Shown: piece after piece, positions 41,617-54,275 of the stretch | Layout of the letters: the number at the start of each line of letters is the position of its first letter | How positions within the stretch are numbered: position 1 is the first letter of the stretch | Assembly: GCA_963924565.1 (NCBI GenBank) | Contig: OZ004607.1 | Span: 28,210,001-28,274,000 of the forward strand | From: Ascidiella aspersa | Lineage: Eukaryota | Length of the DNA stretch: 64,000 bases | Reading direction: 5' to 3' | Translations under genes and position numbers: made by a program | The notes under the pieces: model-generated | What the model was told of the DNA's origin: nothing | Database searches by the model: none | Seen by the model: only the letters and a program-made list of their open reading frames with translations

Positions 41617-44600
41617 ATGAAGTACTTGAGTTTGCTGTTCAGCTTTGTTGCCGCGTTTTCGATTCCGATATCTTCGCAAAGAACAGCAACGCAAAGGCCT
41701 TCTGTACCAGGATCGGCAACCAAAAAGGTTTTGTCCGCGATCAAGCAGCAGGCCCCGCCCATTTTCGTACGACCCCATCAGCCGCCAGAACACCCAACGG
41801 AGAACCCCACAACGCCTCCGGCAAAAAAAAGCTTCCCTGAGTTCGACCCGGATCAATTGCCAACAGAGGACCCCATATTGGGTGTTTTATCTACAAGGTG
41901 GCACCCCAATCAACCAACCCCAACCGCGCCTTCTCCTAGTGAACCCCAATCAGGGATTCTCACAATCGGAGTCGAAACCCATCACCCATCGTCCCCACTC
42001 CCTAGCGTTGACCCAAATCCGGCAATACATCCGATAGCTTCCGAGGCGATTAGCACAAAGTTGAAATCGTCCACTGCGCTTACTACGCCCTTTAAAGTCA
42101 CGACAGCATCATCTACATATGTTTATACCCATTTAAACGCCAACTCTACCAACCTGGAACCGATTTTTAACGGCTTCCCAACGTTTTGCTCGTACGATGC
42201 CATAATCCTGTGCGCGGGTGTGCCGTTGATGCATTGCAAACGCTGCAGCATGCAAACCGCCGGCTTTTTCGCCTTCGCGATTGTCGTGCTCGCCTTTGCC
42301 ATCATTTTCGCCAACGCCCTGGTGATCTGGGTCTTCGTCAAAGGAAAGTCACTCTTCGTCAGCAGCTACGTGAAGATCAAGACATCGCTGGCCGTCGCCG
42401 ATCTATTCACAGGTGATTCTTACCGCCTGTGGCGAAACCATTTCATGCAAAATCTGGGGTCTCGGAACTTTATGGAATTAATCTAATAAGTCGTTTCAAA
42501 AAACCATATTATTATCATAAATCAATACGTCGCTTTTATAGATAAACATCACGACTGAAATGTTTTAGCAACTGCTGTTAAATCTGATACAAAACGTTTT
42601 TAAAACGTGTTCATTAAAAATGTATTTATTACTTTATAATATTACATATAGTAAAGGTACTTAAAATGTTATTAGAATGTTATTCTAAACGACCCAGCAA
42701 TAACAATTTTGTGTTTTTAAAGCCACTGTAAAATAAGGCTTTGGAAGTTTAAATATCAATCGTTTTATAACAAATTTATTTTTAGAAATACATAATTCAT
42801 CATTTCTGTAAGTAAATATTACATATGAAATATGTATATGGAAACGCTTTTAAATCGTGTATGGAAACGCTTTTTAAAAATGTGTATGGAAAACGCTTTT
42901 TAAAGTTTTACAAAACGATTTCATCATTAAACAACTACCCTATATAGATACGCTTCAACCTTGAATTTAGGCTCACCAATTTCAAATACTGGCAAGCCTT
43001 TATGACAGACAATGAAAAATTGATATGCCATACAAAAGTGGCAAAATTTGAGGATAGCTTTTTTGTGTTCTTTTTCAATACTTTATAGAGCTCAGAAACT
43101 TGAGGGGTTTTGTATGCCATCTTAACGAGAGACTATTTGGATAACTAGGCTGGATAACTGTAAGGATTGTCGATCGCGGTTAAGACACTTGTAAATATCG
43201 ACGATCGAGGGTCGGACATAAAATTTGTATTGATCTTATTTGACTGGGTTATTATAAATCGAAGTAAGCTAAAAAATAACTCAAAATATATAGTGAGTTT
43301 AAAATTGCATTAAAATTGAGGTTATTGCTTTGCATTCGACAAACATTCCTGTTTATAAACACATATTAATAACTTTGTTTTTCGAAACATGCTGCGGGCC
43401 TGATAATCAAACTGGCAGGCCAGATTTGGCGCGCGGGTCGTAGTTTGGTGATCCTTTGTATATAGCAGGGCTACTGAACTGTTTTTAGCAAAAGTCTAGT
43501 TACAAAAGTTTAGCATTTGCTTAGGTCCGTTATAACTCTCATGAAATAATTTATAGTCATACAAAATGTAATACGTATACATATGTCCTTCACTTCAACT
43601 GAGAATTCTGTGCTGTCCGTTACTAGAAAGTGGTTTTCAATAAACAGCAACAATTTTTTGCCAAGATAAAAACGATTAAATCGCAATGCTAAGTAAATAC
43701 TGAGACAGATAAGTTCCGTATTCTGACCGCGGCCCCCCAGTTAAGTAGCACTGGTATGTAGGCACTCTAAGCATATTTAAATCAATTCTGACAGGTGTTT
43801 TCTTACTGGTGGTGACCCTTCCGAACTTCGGCCTGACCGTGACCATGACGCCCGAAGAACTATTCCTCCACACGATGGCGCAACACGGGAGCGCCTGGGC
43901 CAGCGTCGGTGGAGTCCTGTACCTCCTCCTCTTTAGCTCTTCTCTTTACCATCTTGCCTTCCTGGCACAGCAGCGATTTTACGCTATCGTGTATCCGACA
44001 AAGTACAAACTGATTAAGGAGAGGTCGATATACATCGGGATCGCTGTGGTCTGGCTACTGTCGGTTTTCGCTGCCGTTTCTCCATGTAAGCAACATATAT
44101 GGTTCTTAAAAAATGAATAATGCTAATATAATTTGGAACGCAGATTTTCTAGGCAGAATTGTGTAGGCTTAAACATTTTTTCTACATTAGTGCTTAGTTT
44201 CAATCATTTGAATTTGAAGCCAAGTGCCAGATCGACAGATATGTTTATACGGATTCCCAGGGAGCAGCGAAAGAACTTTAGGTCATCAAAGTCAGCCGCT
44301 CTCTGATCGCAATATCATCAGAATACATGTGCAGGTCAAGAGTATAGAATAAATAATTCGAAAACAAATTAAAATACAATAAAACAACAGGATTTCTGTT
44401 GTTTCGGCCGTAATGTGGTAAAATCAGTTCAGTCGCGATGTTGTAATAATTTGTTTTCACTGACTCTATTAGAAGTGCTTATCTAGGTGGATCATTATTC
44501 GATGCGCGGCTTTTTGAGTTGATTGGCATCTAAGCTGTAAAAGATCCATTTTTTTAGAAATGCAAGGAGATTAATTAACTATTTCAATATCACTTCAAAA

Positions 44601-47335
44601 AGTGTTTTTAGGCATAATTTATCTTTTTAAAGTCAAAAAGTAATCATCGTTTGTTTGAATACAAGCCTAGAAAAGTCTAATCGCCGGATGTGTTTTGCTT
44701 ACAGTGTGGTTCCCTAACAGTTTAGTTTTTGCTTACACCCATCTGACCTATCTGTTCGACGTTACGACGGCTGAAATCAGCTACACTTCCAACTACACCC
44801 CGATGCTTATTTTTCTTCTCGTCATTTTTGCCATTCCGTTTCTCTGTTTGGTAGGTATTGAATCTTCACTATATAGTTATTAAAGAATAAGTTCTCGTCG
44901 ATTGTAAAGATGTAATAAAATAAATTTTTAATACGGTTTTCGGGGGTCTTAAGGTTTGTGATTTTTTAAGGAACATCGTTTGTCATTATGAAATGTGATC
45001 GTATAAAGTTTTTTGTTGTTTTCCTTTTGTTGTTAACCCAGCCATTCAACGATGAAAAAATAATGACGCCAGATTTTTATCTACTGTGAAGATGTCAAAT
45101 AACTGGGGTAGGGACTAGTAATGTAACGTGGTTATTGCAAGGAGATCATTTGAACCGAAAGCGTCTTATAATCGAAGCAAACTCGCAACGTGCAGAAAAG
45201 CAAATTAGGTCAGCATTTGGAAGCGACCGATTGGCACAGGAAGCAATTATACGGGGCGGCCAAAAATATATCCAGATTAAATTTAACAGCAAATCGTGCT
45301 TTGTGCTTTCCAGGCGTGCCTGTCTGCTATCACCGGTTACCTCACCGCGCGCTTCGTTGACAGATCATCGCAGATGACAGGCGCCAGTCGGAAAAGCGCC
45401 AAGGAGATGAGGGTATTCGCCACTCTGGCCGTTATGCAAGTCGGATTCACGCTAACATTACGTAAGGGTATATACGCGGCGCTGTTACGTGTACGGGCGT
45501 TGGTCCTTTTAAGTCGTCATGCAAAACGTGCTATTGCAATTAGGCGGGGGCTGTCCGATGTAGAAGCAGACGAATTAGCCATAGAACGTTTAGTATCAGT
45601 GCAAATCATGCCGATTTCCAAAATAACCGCTTCAAAATGCTTTACAAAATTGCATTCGGAATCCGACATCCACAAAACAGTATTAAATATAGTAAAGTTT
45701 CTTACATAATTAGGTAGATTGGGGGTTGACCGAATTTTGTTTATCATTTAATAATGACGTAACATAGTTACATCATCGCCAATAAATCGTGTGCTACCAT
45801 AAATGTCGCAAGCCACCTTGCTTTTTTAATGCAGTATTAAAGCTGGTGAACACTTTAGTGATCTACGTTAAAATTGTACCGGGTTAAAAGTACCAGTATA
45901 TAATAAAGGTATAATGTATTCTCACTGCTCAGTAATCGAACTTAACTAGCTTTTTTCAAAGTATTAATCACCAAGTGGCCTACCCCTGTTATAAAATAGA
46001 GAAAGCAAAAATAAATATCTCCCCCCCGTGTCAATGCCAACGAAGTGACGATGTGAACAATTGCCCTGAGGTCCGCATTTCAAACAAACATTTACACGAA
46101 AAACAAAAGTAAACGTGTTGTCGCCGTGTTTGGCTGATTGCTGCTCGGAACGAAACCGACAGCAGATTACCCATCTTTCTTCATTAAAACACGCAAGAAT
46201 TTATAGCAAAATTCACCCAACTGCGCTTCATGCGTTTCCACGTCGATAGGTATTTCAGCATGCGCTTTACAGCTATAACCTTTTGAACTGTCGACTTTCG
46301 CGCAGTTCCGTTGTTCGTTGCCACCGTGCTGTCCTACACACGTGACCTCGAAAACGAGTCGCTGGCTGTTCCGTACGTCACCTGCTTCTATCTGTCCCTA
46401 TCAAACAGGTTAGTCAACTCATAAGTATAGTGTTCCGCTGCCTAGTTCTGTGTCAAAGACTAGACATAACACAAGGTGGTTTACTTAATTGCTTTCGCTA
46501 TTGATACGTGATACATAATCATAATGGGTGTGGTCAATACAGTCACGTGATACACTGTTTACATAGAAATCAAGTAATACTGTATAGTTTGTAAACACTA
46601 CAATAAGGACGTTAAAGATGTGCCACCAGGCCCACTTTTGTTTATTTTTTTGCGCTCTGTCTGTCCGAAAACATATATTTTTGCCCGCTTTAACGAATTG
46701 CCGTGTAAGACTCATTAAAGTGCAATTTTTACCAAATGAATCTAAAATCGCCTTTGATCTGTCAATCTGTGAATTTATTCTATGTGTCATTAATCTTTAT
46801 CTTAACCAAAAAAAAACGCAATGAAAAATATATGGTCATAATATTTTTCTGTAGTTGACATTTCTTCGTCACTGCATTTACGTCTAATTATTATAACAAG
46901 GAGCAGTGGCGTCAAAATCATGCCCAAATAGAATCAAATGGTATATTTACTTCTCAACAAATTATAAGTGGTAAATTGAATTTGCAATTAAAAACATTAA
47001 AGCGGTTTTATACTGTTGAAGATGTCTACAATTTTCGTGTATATTCTTGCATACATGTTCTGACAACCTAAATTACCAAATGGCAGAAATATACCCTTAC
47101 ATTTTTGTTCGATTTTGAATATTTTAGTCTCGTCAATGTCATTGTGTACACCGTCGTGGATCTAAAGTTCAGGAACTCGGTCAAGAGAATTTTCTCCACT
47201 TCGGCTCGATTGCAGAGAAAAAGAAAAGCCAGAATTTACGGTTCCACGACAATTCGAACCCGCAAATCGATTGTTCGACTGAGTTACTTGCCTTCCAAAA
47301 CCCCAATGTACGTACACCGGGACTCAGTCGTTTGA
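41617..47335 (+). CDS. Non-canonical class A GPCR (family B, gene B1) with signal peptide, Pro/Thr/Ser-rich stalk and Cys-rich cap; 6 coding exons, ~563 aa
   Basis: Exons 41617-42412, 43795-44085, 44705-44850, 45314-45461, 46306-46408, 47128-47335; phases 1,1,0,1,2; spliced length 1692 nt, open. Seven hydrophobic segments with TM1 AN, TM2 SLAVADLFTG, TM3 SSLYHLAFLAQQRFYAIVYP, TM4 W, TM5 P, TM6 FTLTLLP, TM7 SNSLVNVIVY, helix 8 DLKFR. Confidence 0.92.
42836..42904. repeat. Three ~23-bp tandem units in B1 intron 1
   Basis: tatggaaacgctttt(t)aaa occurs three times. Confidence 0.7.
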
Positions 47336-47598
47336 AAAACCGGTGCCCAGTGTGTATTTTTCATTGCAAGAGTGCGACTGTGAGTTAAACAGGCAAAAAA
47401 CACTTGTTAGAGACTCCGTTGTGGTAACGGACTTGATAAAGCTTGTAAACAAAAATATTTTAAGGAATTCACGTTAAATATAACTGCATTGTATATGCAT
47501 TTAAAACTCGTATCCTGTTTGGCGGTAAACATTTTTGCTTTAAATATATGAGTTTCATCGATCCGCCGGATTTAAAGCAGCTGACAAACACCCTAAAA

Positions 47599-47915
47599 CA
47601 GGGGTGTCCAACTCAAACATAGCGACGTGACAATTTTTATCTTATAACTTCTTCTCGTGCCAAAGTTTATTAGCAACTACTTTTTTTCTAATATTAAAAG
47701 CGCTCTTATACAAAAAATAAAAACAGTATAATGTTATAATATCAGCAGTAATTGTTTGTGGTCGTAATTGCTGTTTTGTGAATAAACGTTAACAATTGAC
47801 TGTATAATAAATTTAGCTTTTTTGACATTTGGCTGTATTTTGGGGGGCTTGGGTGCCAATTTTTAATAGGTCGGTTACCACATTTGGCAAGCGCGCCTCA
47901 TGTTGGACACCCCTG
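47599..47915. mobile_element. hAT/Charlie-like MITE downstream of B1
   Basis: Perfect 14-bp TIR caggggtgtccaac / gttggacacccctg; flanks ccctaaaa and tgctaaaa (6/8 TSD). Confidence 0.8.
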
Positions 47916-49564
47916 TGCTAAAACATCGCCACGTGTTTTATATAAACTGCAAAGCCAACATAGAACGGGTAAAAAAGGTTTTTGGTATGTTCCACGACTC
48001 AAGAAAACCGCGCTTGTGGTAATCGGTTTCCTTCGTCAACACCTTTTCTGCTGCTCAGGTGTTGACGAAGGAAAGCGATTACCACAAGCGCGGTTTTCTT
48101 GAGTCGTGAAACATACATTTACGCGCCAGCACCATGAACGTAAAAACTGACGTTCTAATGCCGATTAGCTATCGCGCGCTCTTACATCAATGAGCGTTGG
48201 TGCGAGTTTTCAATCGCACGAATTGTTACTTTTTGATTTATAAGGAATCTGTTTTAAATGTAACGTCAGTATCCTGATGAAGACGTTCTGTATAGCACGT
48301 CGAAACGTCGATCGATTAATTATTAAGTTGCTAGGCTGCGTTAACACATACAGGCTAAACAGTTATTTTCGTCATAGTCACCTACATATATTTTCGGCGA
48401 TTGTCGGATTTCCTGAAAACTTAATTTATTCTGTGTCAAGTATAAAGCACGATCTGTCGGCTTCGTTCGATCTAGTATCTGTTTTAAATAAATTGCATAA
48501 TATTTGACTGACGGTGACAACACATATTTTCTACAAATACGTCTATTTGAAATAAACGCTCGACACAAAAATCAAGTTAGCAAAGCAAATTAAAAGAAAC
48601 TGAGCAACAATATAGGCATGCATAAGCTGCATTCGTACAATTCTTACTAAATGTATCTTAAAGCATGTTTTTTATAAGCAGTGCTTTAATGTGCACAAAA
48701 ATTTGACTAGAATTCATTTTGGTATTTACAAATGACTTTACTTAGATTTAGCCTAAGTCAGTTTATCTAATGACTTTATTTAAGTTAAGGTGCTTTAAAC
48801 AGAGCAAAATTGGGTTATTTAAGCCAATCAGTTATACTTTATACAATAAATGTTAACTTTCTATTCGTTTCCTTTTTTGGTGTTTCCCAAGCGAAACTTG
48901 GGCAGAACAAAACGCGTTTACCAATTTTATAAGTTTTAATGTTTATTTTTGACAAAAGCTGCAACTTGAATTGACTTACTATGGCAATGAGTTGGACTGG
49001 GACTTGTCGTGTTATTTTTTGCAAACGACTTGACTTGGACTTAAAACATTTTAAAAAGACTTGTTTACAAAACTGCTCAACCAAGGCAGAGGCGGAACGT
49101 GATTGAGTTTGCGTAATCACATGTTCAAAGAGGAATAACGTCATTAAAACGTAACAGATCATCAGCAAGCAAAAATGCTTCCAAATTTTCTCCAATAAAA
49201 ACTTTATACATGCAGTAAACCAGTGGTTCTCACCATTTTAGTTTCCACTAAAAAGAACCGAATGGATTTACCCCAAAACTATTAAATTCTGCCCTACAAT
49301 CGATCAATAATAATTTAAACAATACTATAAAAACTTGTAAGTTGCATGCAGATATACAATAAAAACTCACATATTTAAAATGCTTTGATTGTACTTTTAG
49401 TGGTAAATACATCCGCTCATATCATTGTTAAAATTGCCAAAAATGTCGAACTGCTTCTTTAGTGGGGAAATACAAACCGGGTTAAAACAAATTTACCAAA
49501 GCTTTGTGCATTGCTATTATTCCCACCCTGATAATCACCATGGAACGTCGACTGATCAATAATG

Positions 49565-52500
49565 TCAAGCGATTGTGTCTCCCTTTTTCGAGGTACTCTG
49601 GGACAACTTTCGGGACGATTGCTGGCTCACCCTAGTCTTGGTGCTGTGAGTTGAACCAGCTGACGACAAGCGCGCTTTGGTCTTTTTTCCGAGGCAAGGC
49701 AGCAGCTTTACAACGGCGTGTCGAAACTTTTCGTCTACCACGCTGTACACAAGCACGTTGACCAAACTGGAAAATCGAAAAATAATTGGCCCGAATTTGG
49801 CTATTACATTCTTTATGGAAACTCAAAGTAAATTCAACTGCTATACCTGTTTGACATTGCAAGATAGAAACTTGTTGTATAAGGGACAGCCAGCGAAGCG
49901 AACCCCAAAATTCCAACGTAAGACAAAATTGTCGTTACGAAAAGTGGAACTACAAATACGCACAAGAAAGATTAAACGTAGGAAACCTTTAATTGCATCA
50001 ATATATAATCATCGCACTATAATGCAACTACTCGCTCTAGGTTTTTTCTCGGTTTGTAAAGGTTTTATTGGCGTTTTTACTAGTCATTTGATGTTAACCT
50101 ATACTTGATTAATATAGAGGACATAGTTTTAAGCACCCAGCACGGTAGTATTCGCTGTTATACATTATGAATAGTCGAAAATTCTGACACTTCGCGATCA
50201 ATAGTTTTAAGAAAATGCAGCGTAACATTTGCAATCCAAACCAAAATTCTCTCGTGGCAAAAACAGTGTGCGTCCACTGTCAAAACAAAAGCCTTTAATA
50301 GTCCATAAATAGCTAAAATGTACTCGAATCATAATAATCAATTACTTACGCAATGTGACTGTGAATCCTATTTGCATTGCAGCCAGAGTTACAAACACCT
50401 TCGCTTCGGGTTTGCCCAACTGCTGCGTAGTGCGTATGTGCGAAGATTTCTTCAAATAGTCTCTGGTGAAAATGGCTGTCACCACAGCTATTGAGGTCTT
50501 TCGCAAGAAAATACAAAATAAACTGCCTTAGAAAAACGCACAATAATGTTGTATCAATGGAATAGTCCTAAATTACTTTTATTTATTTTAAAATTGCAAG
50601 CTTTCTGTCTAAAACTATTTAATTAAGATGTTCATCTCACCATGAGCAAAAATGGGACAAGAAAGACAATCACCAGAAATGGAATCATCGGTGCGATTCC
50701 ACTTCCAGCTTCATCAGCCGCCACATCGTACAAGAAAGTTATGTGAAAATATCCAAAGACGAAATGATGCGGAAACCACACTGAAAGAAATCAGGGAACA
50801 AATATTTGTGTCTGTTTCGCAGGAATATCACATGATTGTAAACGACCATAAGGAGGCCGTAATGCAACGCAAATAGAAGAAACACGCAAATAATTTCCTC
50901 CGTATTCCTTCCGTTAATTTTGTTGCATCATATGTTATGTGTTGCAAATGTGAATCAAAACGGTGGCGGGTCTGTTTGCTATATGTATGTGTATTGCTTA
51001 AAAAGTAGTAACCGTAATTTTTCGTGTGTGAACGTGTTCTATGACGTGTGTTGAATTCGTCGAAATATTTTTTATGATTTTCCGTTAAGATAGCGTCTAT
51101 GAAAACCTGGTCGTTATTTGAAATCCTAAAACCCCCTCCAGTAACGTCATCTTGTGTCAACTATCGCCTGCTGTAAATATACAAAGAAAAGCAACCTTTT
51201 TTCCTTTTTTTAATTTTTGGCATACGTTTCCAAAAATAAATTTAGAAGTGGAATTTTGACTGCCAAAAATTAAATAATGTATAGTCGGGTGGCTAATACG
51301 AAAATCTTGCTTTTAAACCAAATTGTTTTTTTGTTTACCTTCAATATGCAATGTCAGCGTCCATCCCTACATTTTTTACATGCAAGCGAAGCATATTTTA
51401 CACATGGCGAATTAAACCGTTAGCCTAATCCATTCTTTAAAACCGAGTGAAATGCTCGCGACATTTCTATTTAGAGAGTTTTTTTAATTGTGATGTCATT
51501 ATTTAGTTAGCGACTATAATGTTTTAATTTGTTTTCTTCGAACTGTCGTTGACTACTTGCCAATAAGCAAGCAAGCCGCGGTATTTCTCCACTTAACTGC
51601 CTGAAGCTGAGGGAAGCGCCAAGCCTATCAGTGCTTACATGGGGAAATCGCTGCGAGAAGCGCCAGTGACCAAACGACGGCGATCCCAATCTGAATGTTT
51701 CGCTCCTTGACGTGTTTGTAGGTAAGTGGCCAACGTATGGCGTGCAGGCGCTGCTGGGCCAAGAAGATCAGATGGTAGAGCGACGAGGTAAACAGCAAAA
51801 GGTAGAAGATGCCGCCCGCGGTCGCCTGCGGGGATCGCCTTTGCTGGATCACGTATTCAAACAACTGTTCTCCAGTCATCTGCAATGTCTTGCTGAAGTT
51901 GGGCAAGGTGACCAGTAGAAGGAAAAGGCCTGAGCACAGTAAAAATCAGATCGTAAACAGCCGGCCCTGCGGTTAAATGGAAGCGGTGCCTGAAGGTATA
52001 CGTCAACAAGTTACTGAAGCATAGGTGACTAGATAGGCATTACTAGCAATCGATTATTTCTTTATCGCCTGATCTATAAATCGTGGCTTGTAGGAGTTAT
52101 CATCCCCACAGTATTAGGCAATTAATCAGTATAAGACAACTTATACCCAGTTGAGAACTACTTCCTGCTAAGTACTCCGAGTAAATTAAAATATGTATAT
52201 TGGGAACTCTCACCAGTTAGCAGATCGGCAGCCGCCAAGGAGAGCTTGATCTTTGCGTAATTTCCAAACTCGTCGCTGCACTTGACAAATACCCAAATGA
52301 CCAGCGCATTGGCGAGAATGATGCACAGCGCGAGGATGGCAACGGCAAAGGCCAACAAACCGGCCCTGGTCATGCTGCAGAGGGAGCACTCGCGCAGGGA
52401 AATGTTACGACAGACAGATACCGCCCTGAAGGCGCAGAACGTCGGGAGGCCGTTCAGCGTTTTGTTCGTTGAGTTTGTTGTGCGGTTTGCTTGTGGGCTG

Positions 52501-53289
52501 AGAACGGCCGGCGGACCGAAGTAGTAGTCGCCATACATCGGTGGCGAGTCATAGATGCCGCCGTAATACGTGTCGTTCGGCAAGGGATTTAAATCTTGGA
52601 AAAATCGTTACACCTTGTAAAACAAATCGTTTTATTCCACCACCCCCCTCCCCCCAAAAAACTATGACAAAGCGTGGTAGATTGGTGATGCACGTAAACA
52701 CATATTTTTTTAACCACGAGAGTTTTTATCGGACCCTCTTCAACTTTTGGTTTCAATGAAAGAAATTTCCAGCTTAGATATAGACATCATTTTTAGCATA
52801 ATAAAAGAAAAGAACATATTTCACCATGTGCACTTCCCTTACATTTGCCTGCAACAAGTATATGCGAGCAACGGTTGCTAGTCTGAATAACAAGAGCATA
52901 TTTCCTTCATTGTTTGACTTTTAATACGTTTTGGGCTTTACGTGTTATAAATATACATCAGACTACTTCACAGAAATACCTTGGTTTTCATCAAATGGAA
53001 GAAAAGGGGCGGGATCGGTTAGGTTTTCGTCGTTTTGAATTGCATCAGAATTAGTGGAGTTTGCTGCAATTATATTGGTTAAAGAAAAGCGTGTTGTGGC
53101 TAAGTTTTTTTTAAATATTCGATAAATAGGTCGATAAATTAAGAGTCGTAGAGATATTGCACATGGCGTCATACCTGTAATTGAAGTTGCCAAAACGCTT
53201 GTGTCATTTGCCGGAGCAGTATCGGTCAAACAAAACGTCAAACAAAACAAGAGGAGTAGACCGGTCGGCTTAACAAATTGAAATTTCAT
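49565..53289 (-). CDS. Non-canonical class A GPCR (family B, gene B2), signal peptide plus Tyr-rich N-terminus; 8 coding exons, ~487 aa
   Basis: Minus-strand exons 53289-53175, 53063-52980, 52594-52214, 51929-51639, 50780-50641, 50497-50350, 49949-49847, 49766-49565; spliced length 1464 nt, open. The 291/148/103-nt exons match B1. Motifs SLAAADLLTG, QQRLHAIRWP, FTVTLLP, SNSLVNVLVY. The two N-terminal introns are less certain than the rest. Confidence 0.9.
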
Positions 53290-54275
53290 ACTAGTGCTAA
53301 CTACTCTTTATTATTTTACGAACAATTCAAACCGGCTTTGTAGCAACTGTATAAAATTAGAATTTGAACATATCGATCTAAATCGTTATATAGTTTTGCT
53401 ATCGTATAAAAACGTTTGCAGAATGAAAAAAGGATTAGCGGTTTGCCTACACAGCAGGAAGTGTATCTGCGCAATCTGTTTTGCACATCCTTTGTGCCTA
53501 ACCAGGGAACTCTAACGAATTCGTGTAGCGGCATGTCGTACCTTTTGTAAGGATATCCCGCAGTGCGAACGTACAGGCGGGACTCTTCGCGAAAATATGC
53601 CGCGCATTGTGCAAATCGGTCGGCCCTAAATAACAACTCATAAACTTGCAGAGGGGTTTGCGCGTAAAACAAGAGTTCGCTTTTTCCTTAATATATATAT
53701 AGGAAAAGAGTTAGGAAATAAACATTTTTATATAAAAATTCTATAGATTATTCACTTGAGCTTAGTTTCAATAAATAAAGTTCACGCATATTTGTGCAAT
53801 GATCAACAACGATTACATGAAATTCGGCACAATACAAATTGCAGCCTGTCATGTATCGGCAATTATTCATGCAAAATGGCCAAACGTGCCCTTACTGTGG
53901 ACCTAAGCTTATGTTTTGATAAAGCACAATGCGCACGGCATGTAGTAAACATGGAGGTTGTTTTTTGATGAGTTGCAACTTTCCATGTACTTAAAAAGTC
54001 CAAAGCTTCAAACTAGAGTGCATTTATAGTATAAAATTGTTACAAATGTAAAGGTAAACGCGCAAATTTTGTTGATGATTTAGTCAGACAGATGTATATG
54101 ACAGTGTTTCAACCAGTTAACATTTCTTAATTCAATGAATGTCGTAAGCCTGACTCTATACTCTTAGTACCCGTAGCGAAGCTAATTTTACTGCCTACCG
54201 AGTTACCGTAAACATTTTTGTTGCATGCAGAAATTCACGAACGTCAGTTGAGATACGAATACGACAAATTAAAAC
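53290..54275. promoter_or_regulatory. Candidate shared (bidirectional) promoter and 5'UTR region of head-to-head genes B2 and B3
   Basis: Only 986 bp separate the two divergent ATGs. There is a central AT-rich tract with atatatatat/tatataaaa at ~53690-53740 and a splice acceptor upstream of each ATG. Based on geometry only. Confidence 0.45.
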
